Assembly (NCBI GenBank): GCA_963693365.1 | Contig: CAVNZM010000012.1 | Coordinates: 620,001-684,000, forward strand | Source of the DNA: Amoebidium appalachense | Taxonomy: Eukaryota; Protista; Ichthyosporea | Length of the DNA stretch: 64,000 nucleotides | Direction of reading: 5' to 3' | In this document: positions 19,002 through 42,608 of the stretch, piece by piece | How the letters are laid out: each line of letters opens with the position of its first letter | Position numbering within the stretch: position 1 is the stretch's first letter | Translations under genes and position numbers: made by a program | The notes under the pieces: generated by a model | What the model was told of the DNA's origin: nothing | Database searches by the model: none | Seen by the model: the letters and a program-made list of their open reading frames with translations, nothing else

Positions 19002-19545
19002 CTTTACCAGACTATCCTGACGATGTTGTAGCCCCCCTACCTATCTGCAGATATATCACTTTTCTCCCAGGATGGCCTGATTGTCTCTGTCAAAAATCCC
19101 GGTAATATACATGTATCATAAATGTAAAAGTTGTGTTCAAACCGCACGGTAATAGTTCTTTATATATATTATATGTAGTTGCAGGAGCGTCTGTGTATTT
19201 AGGTCTCTTTGCCGCTTGATTGGGTCATGATCTCCTATACTGTAGGCCATGAATTTTCGCAAATTCATGATCATCAATCGTCACCCCGGGGCCCGGGCCT
19301 TACAGTAACATAAGCGTACGGCATTAAATAGCCTACGTGCTAATAATATATACAATCAGAACCTTTATTACATTGATATATGGTTATAATACTTCAATAT
19401 TCTGCTACATATAAGGGCTAAGAACCGAAACCCCCGGCAAGCTCATGTTACGAAAGTGTGATACTATCTTCTTTATCCTTGAAAAAATTGGTGTATTCTT
19501 TAAAGAATCCCCACTTCCTTGAAGACTCATCATGCCTGGATTTTG

Positions 19546-19764
19546 ATTTAGATATGTTGTTGCTTTCGATTTGCTTATTGGCTCGGTTCAGCCAAGTGCC
19601 CCTGGGCACGATCATCAGAAACGTACACATACCATGGCATGCACTGCCTCTCTACGAACAAAATCCAAATAAACACACCGCACGAAGAAAACCCCTCTAC
19701 CCTAAGGGCCTCCCCCTCCACTACCGTGACCCTCAATGCGTGGGCGTGTGTTTGTGTACGTGTG

Positions 19765-19857
<93 letters not shown>

Positions 19858-22611
19858 ATGTATGTGTGCATGTGTGGGTGTGTGCCGTAGCCAATCAGCA
19901 AGAGACTAGCTAAAGACGGGGAAATGCAACACAGCTCGGGTGGGTGGGTGGGGCTAAGTAGGGGCCGACGGGGAAACAAAGCTAAGACGAGTAGAACGAG
20001 TCGCCGCCTATATACCATAGTCGGCTCCCTAGTGGCCACTGATTGTTGGAACCCTAAGTATTCAAACCAATCAGTTGGCCTAAATACATCTCCAAATAGA
20101 GCTTGATGAATCAAGCGAAGTATTTAGATATGTTGTTGCTATTTGCGACCACATTCTTATTTTACAGAAATAATACACAAAGCTGGATGGCAGGAGCGGC
20201 GCGGCGAGTGATTTTCATCCAATCATAAAGGGGGGCGGGTGCTGCCGTCCAATAGGAAGGCACGCATTGGCCAAGACCGGACACCGACCAGAAACACCAC
20301 TTCTTCGGGGGCTAGGTCCGTGTGGGCCTGTGCCCACCACCGGCCACCATAAGGCGATGTCCCACACCGGGACCACTAATATTCCCTGCGCACATTCCCG
20401 CTGAATCTTCGCCACTGTCCGCTTGATCAACGGAAACGGTGGCGCCCACCAGCTGGGGGCCTGCCATGCGGCGGCAAGCCCATCCTGCCCACCGCTCACG
20501 GGGACCACCGCGGTCCATGTGTGAAACGTGGGTTTGACTGCTGTCACGGGTGTAGCAAACCGATCCACCGCCGTGTGCAATCCGAGTGTCTGCTCGATAC
20601 GCTCGACCCCCGCAGGGGTAACCGACCACTCGTGGCGGGGATCAATCCGCGACAACCAATCCGCACGGTCGTTCACTTCGCCCGGAATGTATGACAGCTC
20701 TTGGGGCCAGGGGAGCCCCTTTTCCAAACACAACTGCAGCAGTTGCCATAGCACTCGCTGCATGGCGGGGCTGCTGCTGCCATTTTTGCGCACCGCGCCC
20801 AACGCGGCCTGGGCGTCTGACTGCCAGCATACGCGCTGACGTTGGATTAGGGCCTGCATTTCGGGCCTGCGGTAGGCCTCGAGTAGGCCCTCGCACTCCG
20901 CCACTGCAGCCGCCCGCGGTGCATCGCTCTCCGCCCAACGACCGAAAGCCTCCACAACCTGCGGGGTTGGTAGGCCCAACTGTAGTACTGCCCCCCACCC
21001 GTGTGAGGTGGCAGCATCTGTGATGAGAGTGGCCGTGATAGGCTCAGGCCAGATTTCCATGCGGGGAAGCCGACCTATTATACCCATGGTTTTACCGATA
21101 ATGCGTAGCTGCCGACCCGTTAACCGCACAAAGCTACGCCACTGGCAGTTCCCGCCGCGTAGAGCACCATACACCGGCCGGACAACCGTGAGTACATGAG
21201 ACAGAGGCACCGCCGCACGCAAACTAACAACCAACCCTAGCCAGCTAGCCACCTGCTTCTTTTCCACCCACCGCCGTCCTTTGCGCGCCTTAGCCATTAA
21301 AGAACGTGTTTCTCCCGATAATTTTTCCAAAGACGCCAATGTGGGAGACAAATACCCTTCCTCCAAATTTGTGTGGATGCCTAAATGGTCGAGGGCATTC
21401 ACTGGGTCCCAATGAGCCTTATTCGGATGCTTCGTAAGGCCGGTGACTTTCAATTCCTGCTCCTCCACCCCGCGTGTGTCGAGTGCCCGTGCCGCCTGTT
21501 CGAAGATGGCCCAGTCATCGAGGAAAACCAACGAACGGATGCCGCGTGCACGTAACCGACGCGCGAACTCGCGCATAAGGCACATGAAAAAGTAGGGACT
21601 GAGGGAGTAACCGAAGGGAAGCACCGTGTACTGGAAGAGTTGTCTCCCCACACGAATTTGGAAATACTTGTGGAACCGGGGTTGAATGGCTAGTGCAAAA
21701 TATCCGTCTTCGAGGTCGAAACTGAAAGCGTGGTCACCCCGTTGCGCGAGCGCCCGCAAATCGCTGAGGGTTTCGTACTTGATACCACGTGCGACGGCGT
21801 ATTCATTCACAGGACGCATATCAATAATGAGCCGGACGTTTCCGTTGGGCTTCCGCAGCCCAAAAGACTTCGAAACACACCATTTTGCGCTTTCAGGCAC
21901 TGTCTCGAGGGCCCCCTTACTCACTAATCGTTCAACTTCCACTGCCGCTTCTGCCTCTGAAACTTCGCCGATATCCAGATAGCCACCTGCATCAAAAGGG
22001 GCAGGACGCGCACTCTTCCATTCTGGTGTGATGCCGGGACTTAATCCAGAACAAAACTTCTTTAGACGCACCCCCACGCTCCCACTCATCTACTAACAGG
22101 CACGAACTCTGATACAATGGCAGTTGGGATGCATCACTGCATCTCCCATCCTGCCTTCGAAGAAATTGAGACACTACACCTGTCTGCAGCACTACGCGCG
22201 CTCGCAAACAGTTTATCTACAATACTACGCGCGCTCGTAGAACCTAACTAGAAAGGGCCGCAGCCCAGTTGCCCTCAGGCCGTGGGTGCAGCTCACCCCT
22301 ACGCAAATAGCTATCTATTTAGATTTACCCACCACTGCTAATTACGCTCCACGTGCACAACTGCTACCCGGGCGTAACGCCGCCCTACCGAGCTAAGCCG
22401 AGCCTCCTGCCGTCTGCAGCTGTCGGCCCTCTGCAGCTACAATAAGTAGGGGCCGACGGGGGAAACAAAGCTAAGACGAGTAGAACGAGTCGCCGCCTAT
22501 ATACCATAGTCGGCTCCCTAGTGGCCACTGATTGTTGGAACCCTATTCCAACCAATCAGTTGGCCTAAATACTCATCTCTAAATACAGCTTGATGAATCA
22601 AGCGAAGTATT
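19546..22611 (-). mobile_element. PAT-like (DIRS order) retrotransposon deletion derivative with split direct repeats A1-ORF-B1-A2-B2; no gag or tyrosine recombinase ORF visible
   Basis: A1 22443-22611 matches A2 19955-20124. The B1 remnant 20122-20146 matches the end of B2 at 19546-19574. ATT is present at both element ends and at the B1/A2 junction. Confidence 0.85.
20215..22089 (-). pseudogene. DIRS/PAT-type RT - RNase H - Dam-like methyltransferase ORF with probable frameshifts near both termini
   Basis: RT: RLIIDMRPVN, SFDLEDGYF, LPFGYSLSPYFF, FLDDW. RNase H: TDAA..GWGA, WQSD, YIPGEVNDRADWLSR. MT: VDRFA, WWAPPFPLI, LVVPVW. The typical N-terminus WERGGASKEVLFWIKS lies in another frame and joins GITPEW by a 1-nt shift near 22037. 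Confidence 0.9.
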
Positions 22612-22756
22612 GGTATTTCATCGATTTGGCGCCATCCGACTGCCAAATATGTATACTACAGGGTACCTCATAGACTCGGGATAGATCTATCCTGACCTCT
22701 GAATTGGATTATCTCCACTCCAATTTGATAGATCGGCGATCTCGGGGCCCCCTAGG

Positions 22757-25693
22757 CCGTTGTTGTTTGACGTTTTCATTGACGATTTAGCCTGCGCCCT
22801 CGAACCCTTTGGCCAACTGCATACCCGTCGTGTACCGGGTCTCCTTTTTGCGGACGATATTGTTCTTTGTAACTTAACCGAAGATGTCATGCACCAGATG
22901 CTTCGTCAGGTGGATCAATGGTGCACCGAGAATCTCATGACAGTCGGAATTGCAAAGTGTGCTACTTTTTCGAAGAACACTTCCTTTCGATTGGCCGGCC
23001 TTCCTATTCCTGTTCAGAGCACCTATGACTATTTGGGTATTCCTTTTACTGCACGGGGTATTGATTTCCGCAAGCTCCTCACGGCACGGATCGCTCGTGC
23101 GAAGGGTAAGCTTCACATCGTGTCAAATATGTTTCAACAGGAGTCTGTGATCCATCCTGCGAACCTTCTTCTCTACTATAAAACTTTTTTACGGCCGACT
23201 TTCGAATATGGACTTCCGCTATTGGCCTGCGCCCCACCTCGCGAGGCGGCAATGGCGCTGAACGAGTTCGGCGATTTTCAGGGTACTGCGCTACGCACTT
23301 TGTTTCGTACTCGGTTTGTGCCTCCCTTAATCAGTATGTTTGGATTGTCGTCTGCTGTTTGTCGTATGGAGGAATTGTCTCTTCGTTTTTGTTTTCATTT
23401 AGTTAGGCTACCTGATGGTCACCCTCTTTATGCTTTCTTTCCCCCCCCTCCCTCCATCCCTCTCCCCCCCCGATTCACCAACGCTACTTCTGAATGTCCT
23501 CAGCCTACCCTCTTTCTACCTGATTCTTCCTCTCGCTATCTCACTCCCTCTTTCTTTTCTCTTCCTGTTTTTTCTGCCTTTTCGCGTTATTACCATACGC
23601 AGTATAAGTTTCTTTCTCGTTCTGATAGAGAAATCAAAGGTAAAACTCAGTCGGCATGTGTTATGTTCCTTAGGCAACACCGTACTGATCATTATCGCTT
23701 TTTGGGAGCTTTGGCAGGATACATTTCTCCTGCTGTACGTATGGATACCACCCTAGTAGACAAGTCTGTATGGTGTTCTGATGTTGATATTGCCTGGGAA
23801 GTTGTGCAGTGGCGCTGTAATTCTTGTTTTCATCGCCGCTGGTGCCACTTTTGTGCTGACCTTTTTAATCGCAAGCATGTTGATGGGTGTGAATTTTTCT
23901 GGTTTGTTATGGCATAAGCTGGCTATGCGGGGCTTACCAGCCCCCTTTGGCCGTCTTCTGCAAGCGTTGTTCGATACCACTCGTGGACGAGCGGCGGTCA
24001 ATGGAACATTAACACCCGGTTTTTCCCGTTCCCGGGGTCTTCTTCAGGGGTCCCTCCTGAGTCCGTTGTTGTTTGACGTTTTCATTGACGATTTAGCCTG
24101 CGCCCTCGAACCCTTTGGCCAACTGCATACCCGCCGTGTACCGGGTCTCCTTTTTGCGGACGATATTGTTCTTTGTTCCTTAACCGAAGATGTCATGCAC
24201 CAGATGCTTCGTCAGGTGGATCAATGGTGCACCGAGAATCTCATGTCAGTCGGAATTGCAAAGTGTGCTACTTTTTCGAAGAACACTTCCTTTCGATTGG
24301 CCGGCCTTCCTATTCCTGTTCAGAGCACCTATGACTATTTGGGTATTCCTTTTACTGCACGGGGTATTGATTTTCGCAAGCTCCTCACGGCACGGATCAC
24401 TCGTGCGAAGGGTAAGCTTCACATCGTGTCAAATATGTTTCAACAGGAGTCTGTGATCCATCCTGCGAACCTTCTTCTCTACTATAAAACTTTTTTACGG
24501 CCGACTTTCGAATATGGACTTCCGCTATTGGCCTGCGCCCCACCTCGCGAGGCGGCAATGGCGCTGAAAGAGTTCGACGATTTTCAGGGTACTGCGCTAC
24601 GCACTTTGTTTCGTACTCGGTTTGTGCCTCCCTTAATCAGTATGTTTGGATTGTCGTCTGCTGTTTGTCGTATGGAGGAATTGTCTCTTCGTTTTTGTTT
24701 TCATTTAGTTAGGCTACCTGATGGTCACCCTCTTTATGCTTTCTTTCCCCCCCTCCCTCCATCCCTCTTCCCCCCCGATTCACCAACGCTACTTCTGAAT
24801 GTCCTCAGCCTACCCTCTTTCCACCTGATTCTTCCTCTCGCTATCTCACTCCCTCTTTCTTTTCTCTTCCTGTTTTTTCTGCCTTTTCGCATTATTACCA
24901 TACGCAGTATAAGTTTCTTTCTCGTTCTGATAGAGAAATCAAAGGTAAAACTCAGTCGGCATGTGTTATGTTCCTTAGGAAACACCGTACTGATCATTAT
25001 CGCTTTTTGGGAGCTTTGGCAGGATACATTTCTCCTGCTGTACGTATGGATACCACCCTAGTAGATAAGTCTGTATGGTGCTCTGATGTTGATATTGCCT
25101 GGGAAGTTGTGCAGTGGCGCTGTAATTCTTGTTTTCATCGCCGCTGGTGCCACTTTTGTGCTGACCTTTTTAATCGCAAGCATGTTGATAGGTGTGAATT
25201 TTTATGTCGCGTTTTACCTCTTTCCCTCCGGGTATCTGCTACACTAGCTGGCAATGTGAACACTTTAGACTTTTTGTTGAATTCTGTTGGTCGTCACATT
25301 GAGTATTTATATGATTTTCACACAGTGTTCAGGTATCTCAGTATGCACTTGTTACTGGATAACTCGTGAAGTTTTTATTGTCTTCTCCGTATGCCGTGCA
25401 TACTTGCATATCTTTCCGTTGAATAAATCCAGTCAAAAGAAAAAAAAATTTATGTCGCGTTTTACCTCTTTCCCTCCGGGTATCTGCTACACTAGCTGGC
25501 AATGTGAACACTTTAGACTTTTTGTTGAATTCTGTTGGTCGTCATATTGAGTATTTATATGATTTTCACACAGTGTTCAGGTATCTCAGTATGCACTTGT
25601 TACTGGATAAATCGTGAAGTTTTTATTGTCTTCTCAGTATGCCGTGCATACTTGCATATCTTTCCGTCGAATAAATCCGGTCAAAAGAAAAAA
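22757..25693 (+). mobile_element. LINE family B nest: outer copy 22757-23898 plus 25449-25693, interrupted by inner copy 23899-25448; both 5'-truncated
   Basis: RT motifs GLLQGSLLSPLLF, LFADDIV, YDYLG and C-terminal WRCNSCFHRRWCHFCADLFNRKH. Both copies end in AATAAA plus an A-tail. The outer copy breaks at gtgaattttt and resumes at tttatgtcgc. Confidence 0.92.
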
Positions 25694-27214
25694 GGTTTAC
25701 ACACTTTTTATTGCGTGGACACCCTAAATATCACGTTGAACTATCCCCTTACTACCTGAATATCTGGATATATCTCATATCCCGAGGCCCCCAATCTATC
25801 CCCATTTTCCCCGGGATTTATTACATACCTCTCAGCCAGCTGGCCTGCCCGAGTGGCAGGGCCTACCGTCATTCGGATGCACAGATGCCTGTATAGTGTT
25901 ATTGAATATTTCAATATAGGTTTTGGCTGAGAAATAAAGAGTGCATGTAAAGCTATTTGAGCTGAATAGTTATCAGAGGCATTGCATTGTTCAACTTGGC
26001 CGGCTCAGCCTGACCCTAGCTATTAGATCATTTACTAAGCCCGGACGCCTACGTGTACGTGCATTATAATAATGGCTCTGATGGCGCAATTTTAAGGCTT
26101 ACAGGCAAACATTTTAAAACACCACAAATCGAGAATGTTTTAAAAAAGCTTCTAGCCGACAAATGTATACATGACTACGTAATCATTCCGGGATCATCCC
26201 TGTGCTGGCCCGCCGCCTAAAACTGATAAAGCCCGACACACGCTAATAATATGATTTTATATACATTTTAATATTTAGTCCATGGGATCATCCCTGCGGC
26301 ATAAAACTTATAAAAGCCAGCAGCAACTTGCTCTCCCCCTCCTCACGAAAAAGAAAATAGAAAGCAAAATCATTCTTATTTGTGGCTTAGGATCGAAAAG
26401 CCGCCCCAGTGCGTTGACGCGTCATGGATGATGCCAGACGGATCAGAGCACTGGCCTCGCAGATCAGATTTCCCTCGTATCCCCAAAATATTGCCCGTGT
26501 AAACCGACCGCCAAATTCACGCGCCCTGCTGCCCCGGACCCTACCGGGGAGCTTGCCTGTGATCGGTGGGAAATACTACTTTAGTAATTAAAGATACAAA
26601 AGGGGACCATGAACTAATATTATTTTTCATGCCTTGATATCAATGTTTCATACATGCTTATTCGACGAATTTAAGAAGAGGCCTACCTAGAGTCTGCGCT
26701 GAGCTGACGGAAATGGCCATTGGCTCCATAACCCTTGAAATGCTTTATCACTTGAACACTGCTACAATTTACAGTATTCAAAAAACAAAATTCAATGAAT
26801 AGGGGTATTTACAAGATTTATTAAACCCCTCAATTGCTCTAGGGTGCGGGCGTGGGGTTCGAGAGCCACATTCCAAGTCTCCAAATCCAACTCTTGAAAG
26901 TTGAAACTTCCAGGCAGGAGCCAATGAAATACCAGCCAACGTCCACGTTCATTTCTCATTGGCCCCGCTGACCTGCCTCTTCGTTAGGATTCTGGATGTG
27001 CCAGTGCCCAAACGCAGGGAAACAATGTACACAGAAAAACACGAATAACGGGAAACATACACAGAAAAACACGAATAACTACAGCTCATCGGTAGAAAAA
27101 GCTTTCTAATACATAGACAATAGCACTATTATACGGAATTTTTTCTTAGCATAAAAATAATGCCACTACAAACACAAAGCCGAACCAGCTGGCGAGTCTC
27201 AAAAGCGGGCGTTG

Positions 27215-27257
27215 ATTGGCCGATCTACTTCGCAGCTGCTGAGCCGCGCCTATATAA
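27215..27257 (+). promoter_or_regulatory. Inverted CCAAT (ATTGG) and TATA box upstream of the 27364 gene
   Basis: attgg at 27215-27219 and tatataa at 27251-27257, about 110 bp before the ATG. Confidence 0.6.
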
Positions 27258-27363
27258 CTTCGACCCAGGGTCAAAACGAGCACCTTGTTGTACTACTTGA
27301 AGACAACTTCAAAAGGTTTTGTCGCCTACTTTTTTGTGTAGTTTCTGTTGTAAGGTGTCGAAA

Positions 27364-27801
27364 ATGACGCTGGCACAAAGAAACACTGGCTTGCACTCCA
27401 CTTTCGAGTTTACCGAAACAGACGCCACACAAATGAATTCGGTGTTTGTGTACCCGCCAAGACCCATTTTGCGCCGCAGCAGCTCCGACACATCTTGCGG
27501 GTCCTCGTGTGATTCCACTTGTGAGCGTCATGTTCGTTTCTCCCCTCAAGTTATCGTTGGGGAGACATATGCACCGCTGAACTTCCACACACCAAATGTT
27601 GAAGAAATGGTCTATGACCGAAGGACAGAGTACCCGCTTCCCCACTCTCCCGATGAGGAGAGACAGATGAACATGGAGGTGGCGCAGCTGCGCTTTGAGC
27701 TGTTCCCTCAAGGTGACTTCTTTGGTGATCGCGAAAAACCTGCTCCAGTTTTTGATAAGGATATGCTCGAGATGCTTAGCTGGGGAGATGAGTATATGTG
27801 A
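27364..27801 (+). CDS. 145-aa intronless putative protein phosphatase 1 regulatory subunit (Phactr/neurabin/Bni4-type PP1-binding module)
   Basis: aaaATG start after a TATA box. Motifs in order: PILRR, RHVRF (RVxF), VIVGETY, YDRR, SPDEERQMNMEVAQLR. Confidence 0.7.
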   Translation: MTLAQRNTGLHSTFEFTETDATQMNSVFVYPPRPILRRSSSDTSCGSSCDSTCERHVRFSPQVIVGETYAPLNFHTPNVEEMVYDRRTEYPLPHSPDEERQMNMEVAQLRFELFPQGDFFGDREKPAPVFDKDMLEMLSWGDEYM

Positions 27802-29658
27802 ACCGAATGCGGGTGCCTTCTCTGTTTGTTTGTATATTTTCCGAAAGAGTTATTCCACTGGTTTCGTTAGCCCTCGGGGCCGTACTGTACAGGCATGTTC
27901 AAGCAAACGTTGAACAGCCGTGGTCACCGTATTTAGTATGAATGAACGCATGAATGTGAAAAAGCCTTCATGATGTATGAAAGGCGTGTAAAATAGAATC
28001 CCTTAGTACCGAGATGCTGCGCCTGGTCGCGGTTTAACAATATATATACTATACGTGGTTCACAACAAACTCTGCAAGTTATAGGCTGTCCGTGTCTATT
28101 TTGCTGCGTGTGAGGCATAGGCGCATGCATGACCCGGCCGTTTATTACGTATGTGTGAAGCTGGCTCTGTCACCTGTGCCACTCGTTTTCTGTGGCCCCT
28201 TGTTGATGATGAATATGCGTGGTTGTTGCGTGGTTTTCCCTGAGGCTTGTGTCACCGAACAGGCATTCCGGAGTACATTCAAAAACCCAGGGTTCACAAG
28301 GGATTAACCAAAATTCTGTTGTCATCAGGAGGAGGCAGGCTGCTATAAAAGGCAGGAAGCCGTCCCGTGCGCGTGATCACACCCTTGAACTTCCTCTCAA
28401 CCCCTAGAGTGCTCACCCCCCCCCCCCCCCCCCCCCCCCCCCCCACACCACCACCACCACTCCCCTCCCCGCCATCCCACAACCACACACACATGAACAC
28501 ACACTTTTAAAAGATTAAAACCCCTTTTAGTCCTCCCAGTCAACCTCGCCCCCTCAACCCCCCCCCCCCCCCCCCAACACACACATGCCTTCAAAGAGGA
28601 AAAAAAACAGCCCGTTTTGATCTTTATGTTCTTCTCCCCCTCCCCCCCGCCTCTCCCCGCCACCTTTCTCCTTCAGCACACGCACACGTCACACCCGCAC
28701 TTTTCAAAGAGAACGAAAAAACCCACTTAACAGGCGTGGCACTTGAACATTTGCGCATGACCAACAAGCATAATCATGGGCATGCTCACATAAACCAAAC
28801 AATGATTAGTAAGCACCAGTGTCGACTACTAGCTTACGTTTGGCGGATATTTGTGAAGCAGCAAAACCACCCACTCTTTCTACCATTTGCCTACTTTTCC
28901 CTAGCCGATGCAGCAAACTTTTCACCAATCCTCTCAGCTTGTTTCCACCTACAAGCTCACCTACATCGTATGAAGATTGCGCTTTAGTATGGTCGCAGTC
29001 ACAGTGCAGCAACTGTATGTCATCATGAATAAAAAACATTTTTGCATGCTTTTTGTAACTTTTAAGCAGCAGCATACACTAAATTATGCATAGCATTAGC
29101 AGCATTATGCACTAAACTTGCGTGCACCCAGTGCGGCCGGTTCTACGTAGCTACGTGCATGCTTACTGACGGCTAAAGTACGGCCCGTTACCTCAGTGAT
29201 GCTACCGAAATATTAATGTACTGAAATAGAGACCTAAAAATAGAGGTTTTGTAAGGACCATGGAGCTGCAAGCAGGCCGGGTCGCAAAAGGATCGAAAAA
29301 TCGGCTCGATAATGGCCCGAACCGCAAAGTCTGTTGACATTGTTGACGTCATCATTTCTCTCTCGAAAATGAAAACTTTCAACAAAGGCTTCCACTTTTC
29401 CTTAGCTCCCTCCCCTTGTCCTACCTTAGTTATTAGATTATATGTATAGGTGAGCGATAGATTAGGAAAAAGGAGGCAACATCGTGACAGGAAAGCTTGC
29501 ATTTAAGTGGGGCGCTGTTAGTTCAAGAAAACATCGAATTTACTTCCGTTTCAAATTTGCTTTTGTGTGATATCCGAAGGTTAGTTAGCCTTAGACGTTT
29601 CATCTTGGGCATACGCCCACCACTTTTTCTTAATTTTTGTCACACAAGGAACAGAAAA

Positions 29659-40864
<11,206 letters not shown>

Positions 40865-40876
<12 letters not shown>

Positions 40877-41000
40877 TGGACCCTCCCCCTGGCCTATGAC
40901 TGGGGATAATAAACCCCCCCTATATATATGTGTCGTGATTTGCATTTGGCCTGAATGCAATGTGACCCTTCCTTACCCTGGCCCTGAATTGGCTCTTATA

Positions 41001-41031
<31 letters not shown>

Positions 41032-41148
41032 ATCCCTCCCTCCCTCCCTAAAGAAGCTCTAATGGACCGTGACTAGGGATACTAAACCCCTCAGATGTAC
41101 CTGTGCCCTTCTTTGGCCTGAATACGAAGTGACCCTTCCATAGTTACC

Positions 41149-41151
<3 letters not shown>
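40865..41151 (+). repeat. Diverged tandem duplication of the RPT4 stop codon region and proximal 3' UTR
   Basis: aagaagctctaatggacc..tgact.gggata.taaacccc..tttggcctgaat..gtgacccttcc occurs at 40865-40985 and 41051-41151. Confidence 0.85.
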
Positions 41152-41192
<41 letters not shown>

Positions 41193-41196
41193 AAAA

Positions 41197-41257
<61 letters not shown>

Positions 41258-41627
41258 AGAGAGAAGAAAAGAAAAGCATCACCACCAGCAGTAGCAGCAA
41301 ATGCCTAGGGCTAGTTCGGCGCGTTTTCGTGAGATCCCACGGCACGGTTGGGGCAGACCCCTGCCTATGCGCATGCATGTTGTTGTTCATGATAGCATAC
41401 ACCTACCTTTTTATCCGTTCCTAAAAATATCTATCCAGTGCCGTGAACGTACACACGAACACACACGCACGTTGGTGTGCATGGATAGATGCAAACCAAA
41501 CGGTGTTTGACCATGGCCATGTGAGGCTGGGTGTCACAACGCCACAAAGTTATACGCCGTGCGACACTGTGTGTCGGCTGTGTGTGTCTGACAAAACTAG
41601 TGAAAACGTGTGTACGTGAGAGTGAAA

Positions 41628-41678
<51 letters not shown>

Positions 41679-41719
41679 ACACGGTGCGCGTGCGCGTACA
41701 AATCCAAGTCGTGCGTGCT

Positions 41720-42182
41720 TCAAGTTGGCGGGAAGGAAGAGAGGGTTCGATGTATCTGTTGGGGGAGGGTGGCGGGGGGTTGTTGGGGTTGCACCGGGTG
41801 GTCATCGCGGCCGGACGTACAGCGGCATGGGCTCGGGCATACATAGTACATTAAAAAGGGCGGAAGGGGAAGAAAGAAACGTGGCCCGGCCATATATTCC
41901 TTCGGAGCTACTACCTTCATCCTCCAAGGCTTGTCCTCGTCGGATCCCCGCCCAACCTCAGGCTGGGGTTCGCCTACCCTGAACATGTCTTCGAACCGCG
42001 ACGCGTTATGCGCGTACATAAGGTCCACTGCTTCCATAGGGTTGAAGGTCTCTTGGTCCTCCCCTCCCTCCCTTCCCCAGGAGACGTGGCGCCCTTTATC
42101 CAAACGTTTGAATGCCTCGGCTTTCCGTATGTACAAAGTCCTATATTTATAAATAATGACACCTTGTGTTGGCTCTTTGGCT
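41720..42182 (-). CDS. Orphan open frame or exon of unknown function
   Basis: About 150 codons of non-repetitive open frame after a possible ttag acceptor. No recognisable domain. Confidence 0.3.
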
Positions 42183-42329
42183 CTAAATCAGCTCAACTTG
42201 ATCCAGATAGTTAATATATCTGATCCCCCCCCCCCCCCCACTCCACCCCCAGGCCTGGCGCATGTGCCATGTACATGTAGCAGGTAGTACTGCAACAGCC
42301 AACCCCTCACCACTTGCTGCCCTAAGGCT

Positions 42330-42388
<59 letters not shown>

Positions 42389-42574
42389 ACGACAGGGGAA
42401 GGATTCCGAAGGAGGGGCCAGCCCAATTCTGAAACTTAGCGTATCATCTCCGAGCTTATCAAAGTGAGGAATATTCAAGCAGGCAAAAGGGTGGATGTTA
42501 CAAATTTTCGTTTCTTTCTCTTTCTTTTTCTAGGTCTGTGTGTGTGTGTGTGTGTGTGGAGGGGGGCCAGGGAG

Positions 42575-42608
<34 letters not shown>

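Noticed and set aside
23781-23898. Hydrophobic N-terminus of the 426-aa ORF as a membrane-anchored RT
   Set aside because: It is an off-frame reading of the outer LINE copy's zinc-knuckle region across the nesting junction.
28203-28243. TGATGA...CTGA box C/D snoRNA candidate
   Set aside because: Only about 40 nt, and no guide complementarity that I could recognise.
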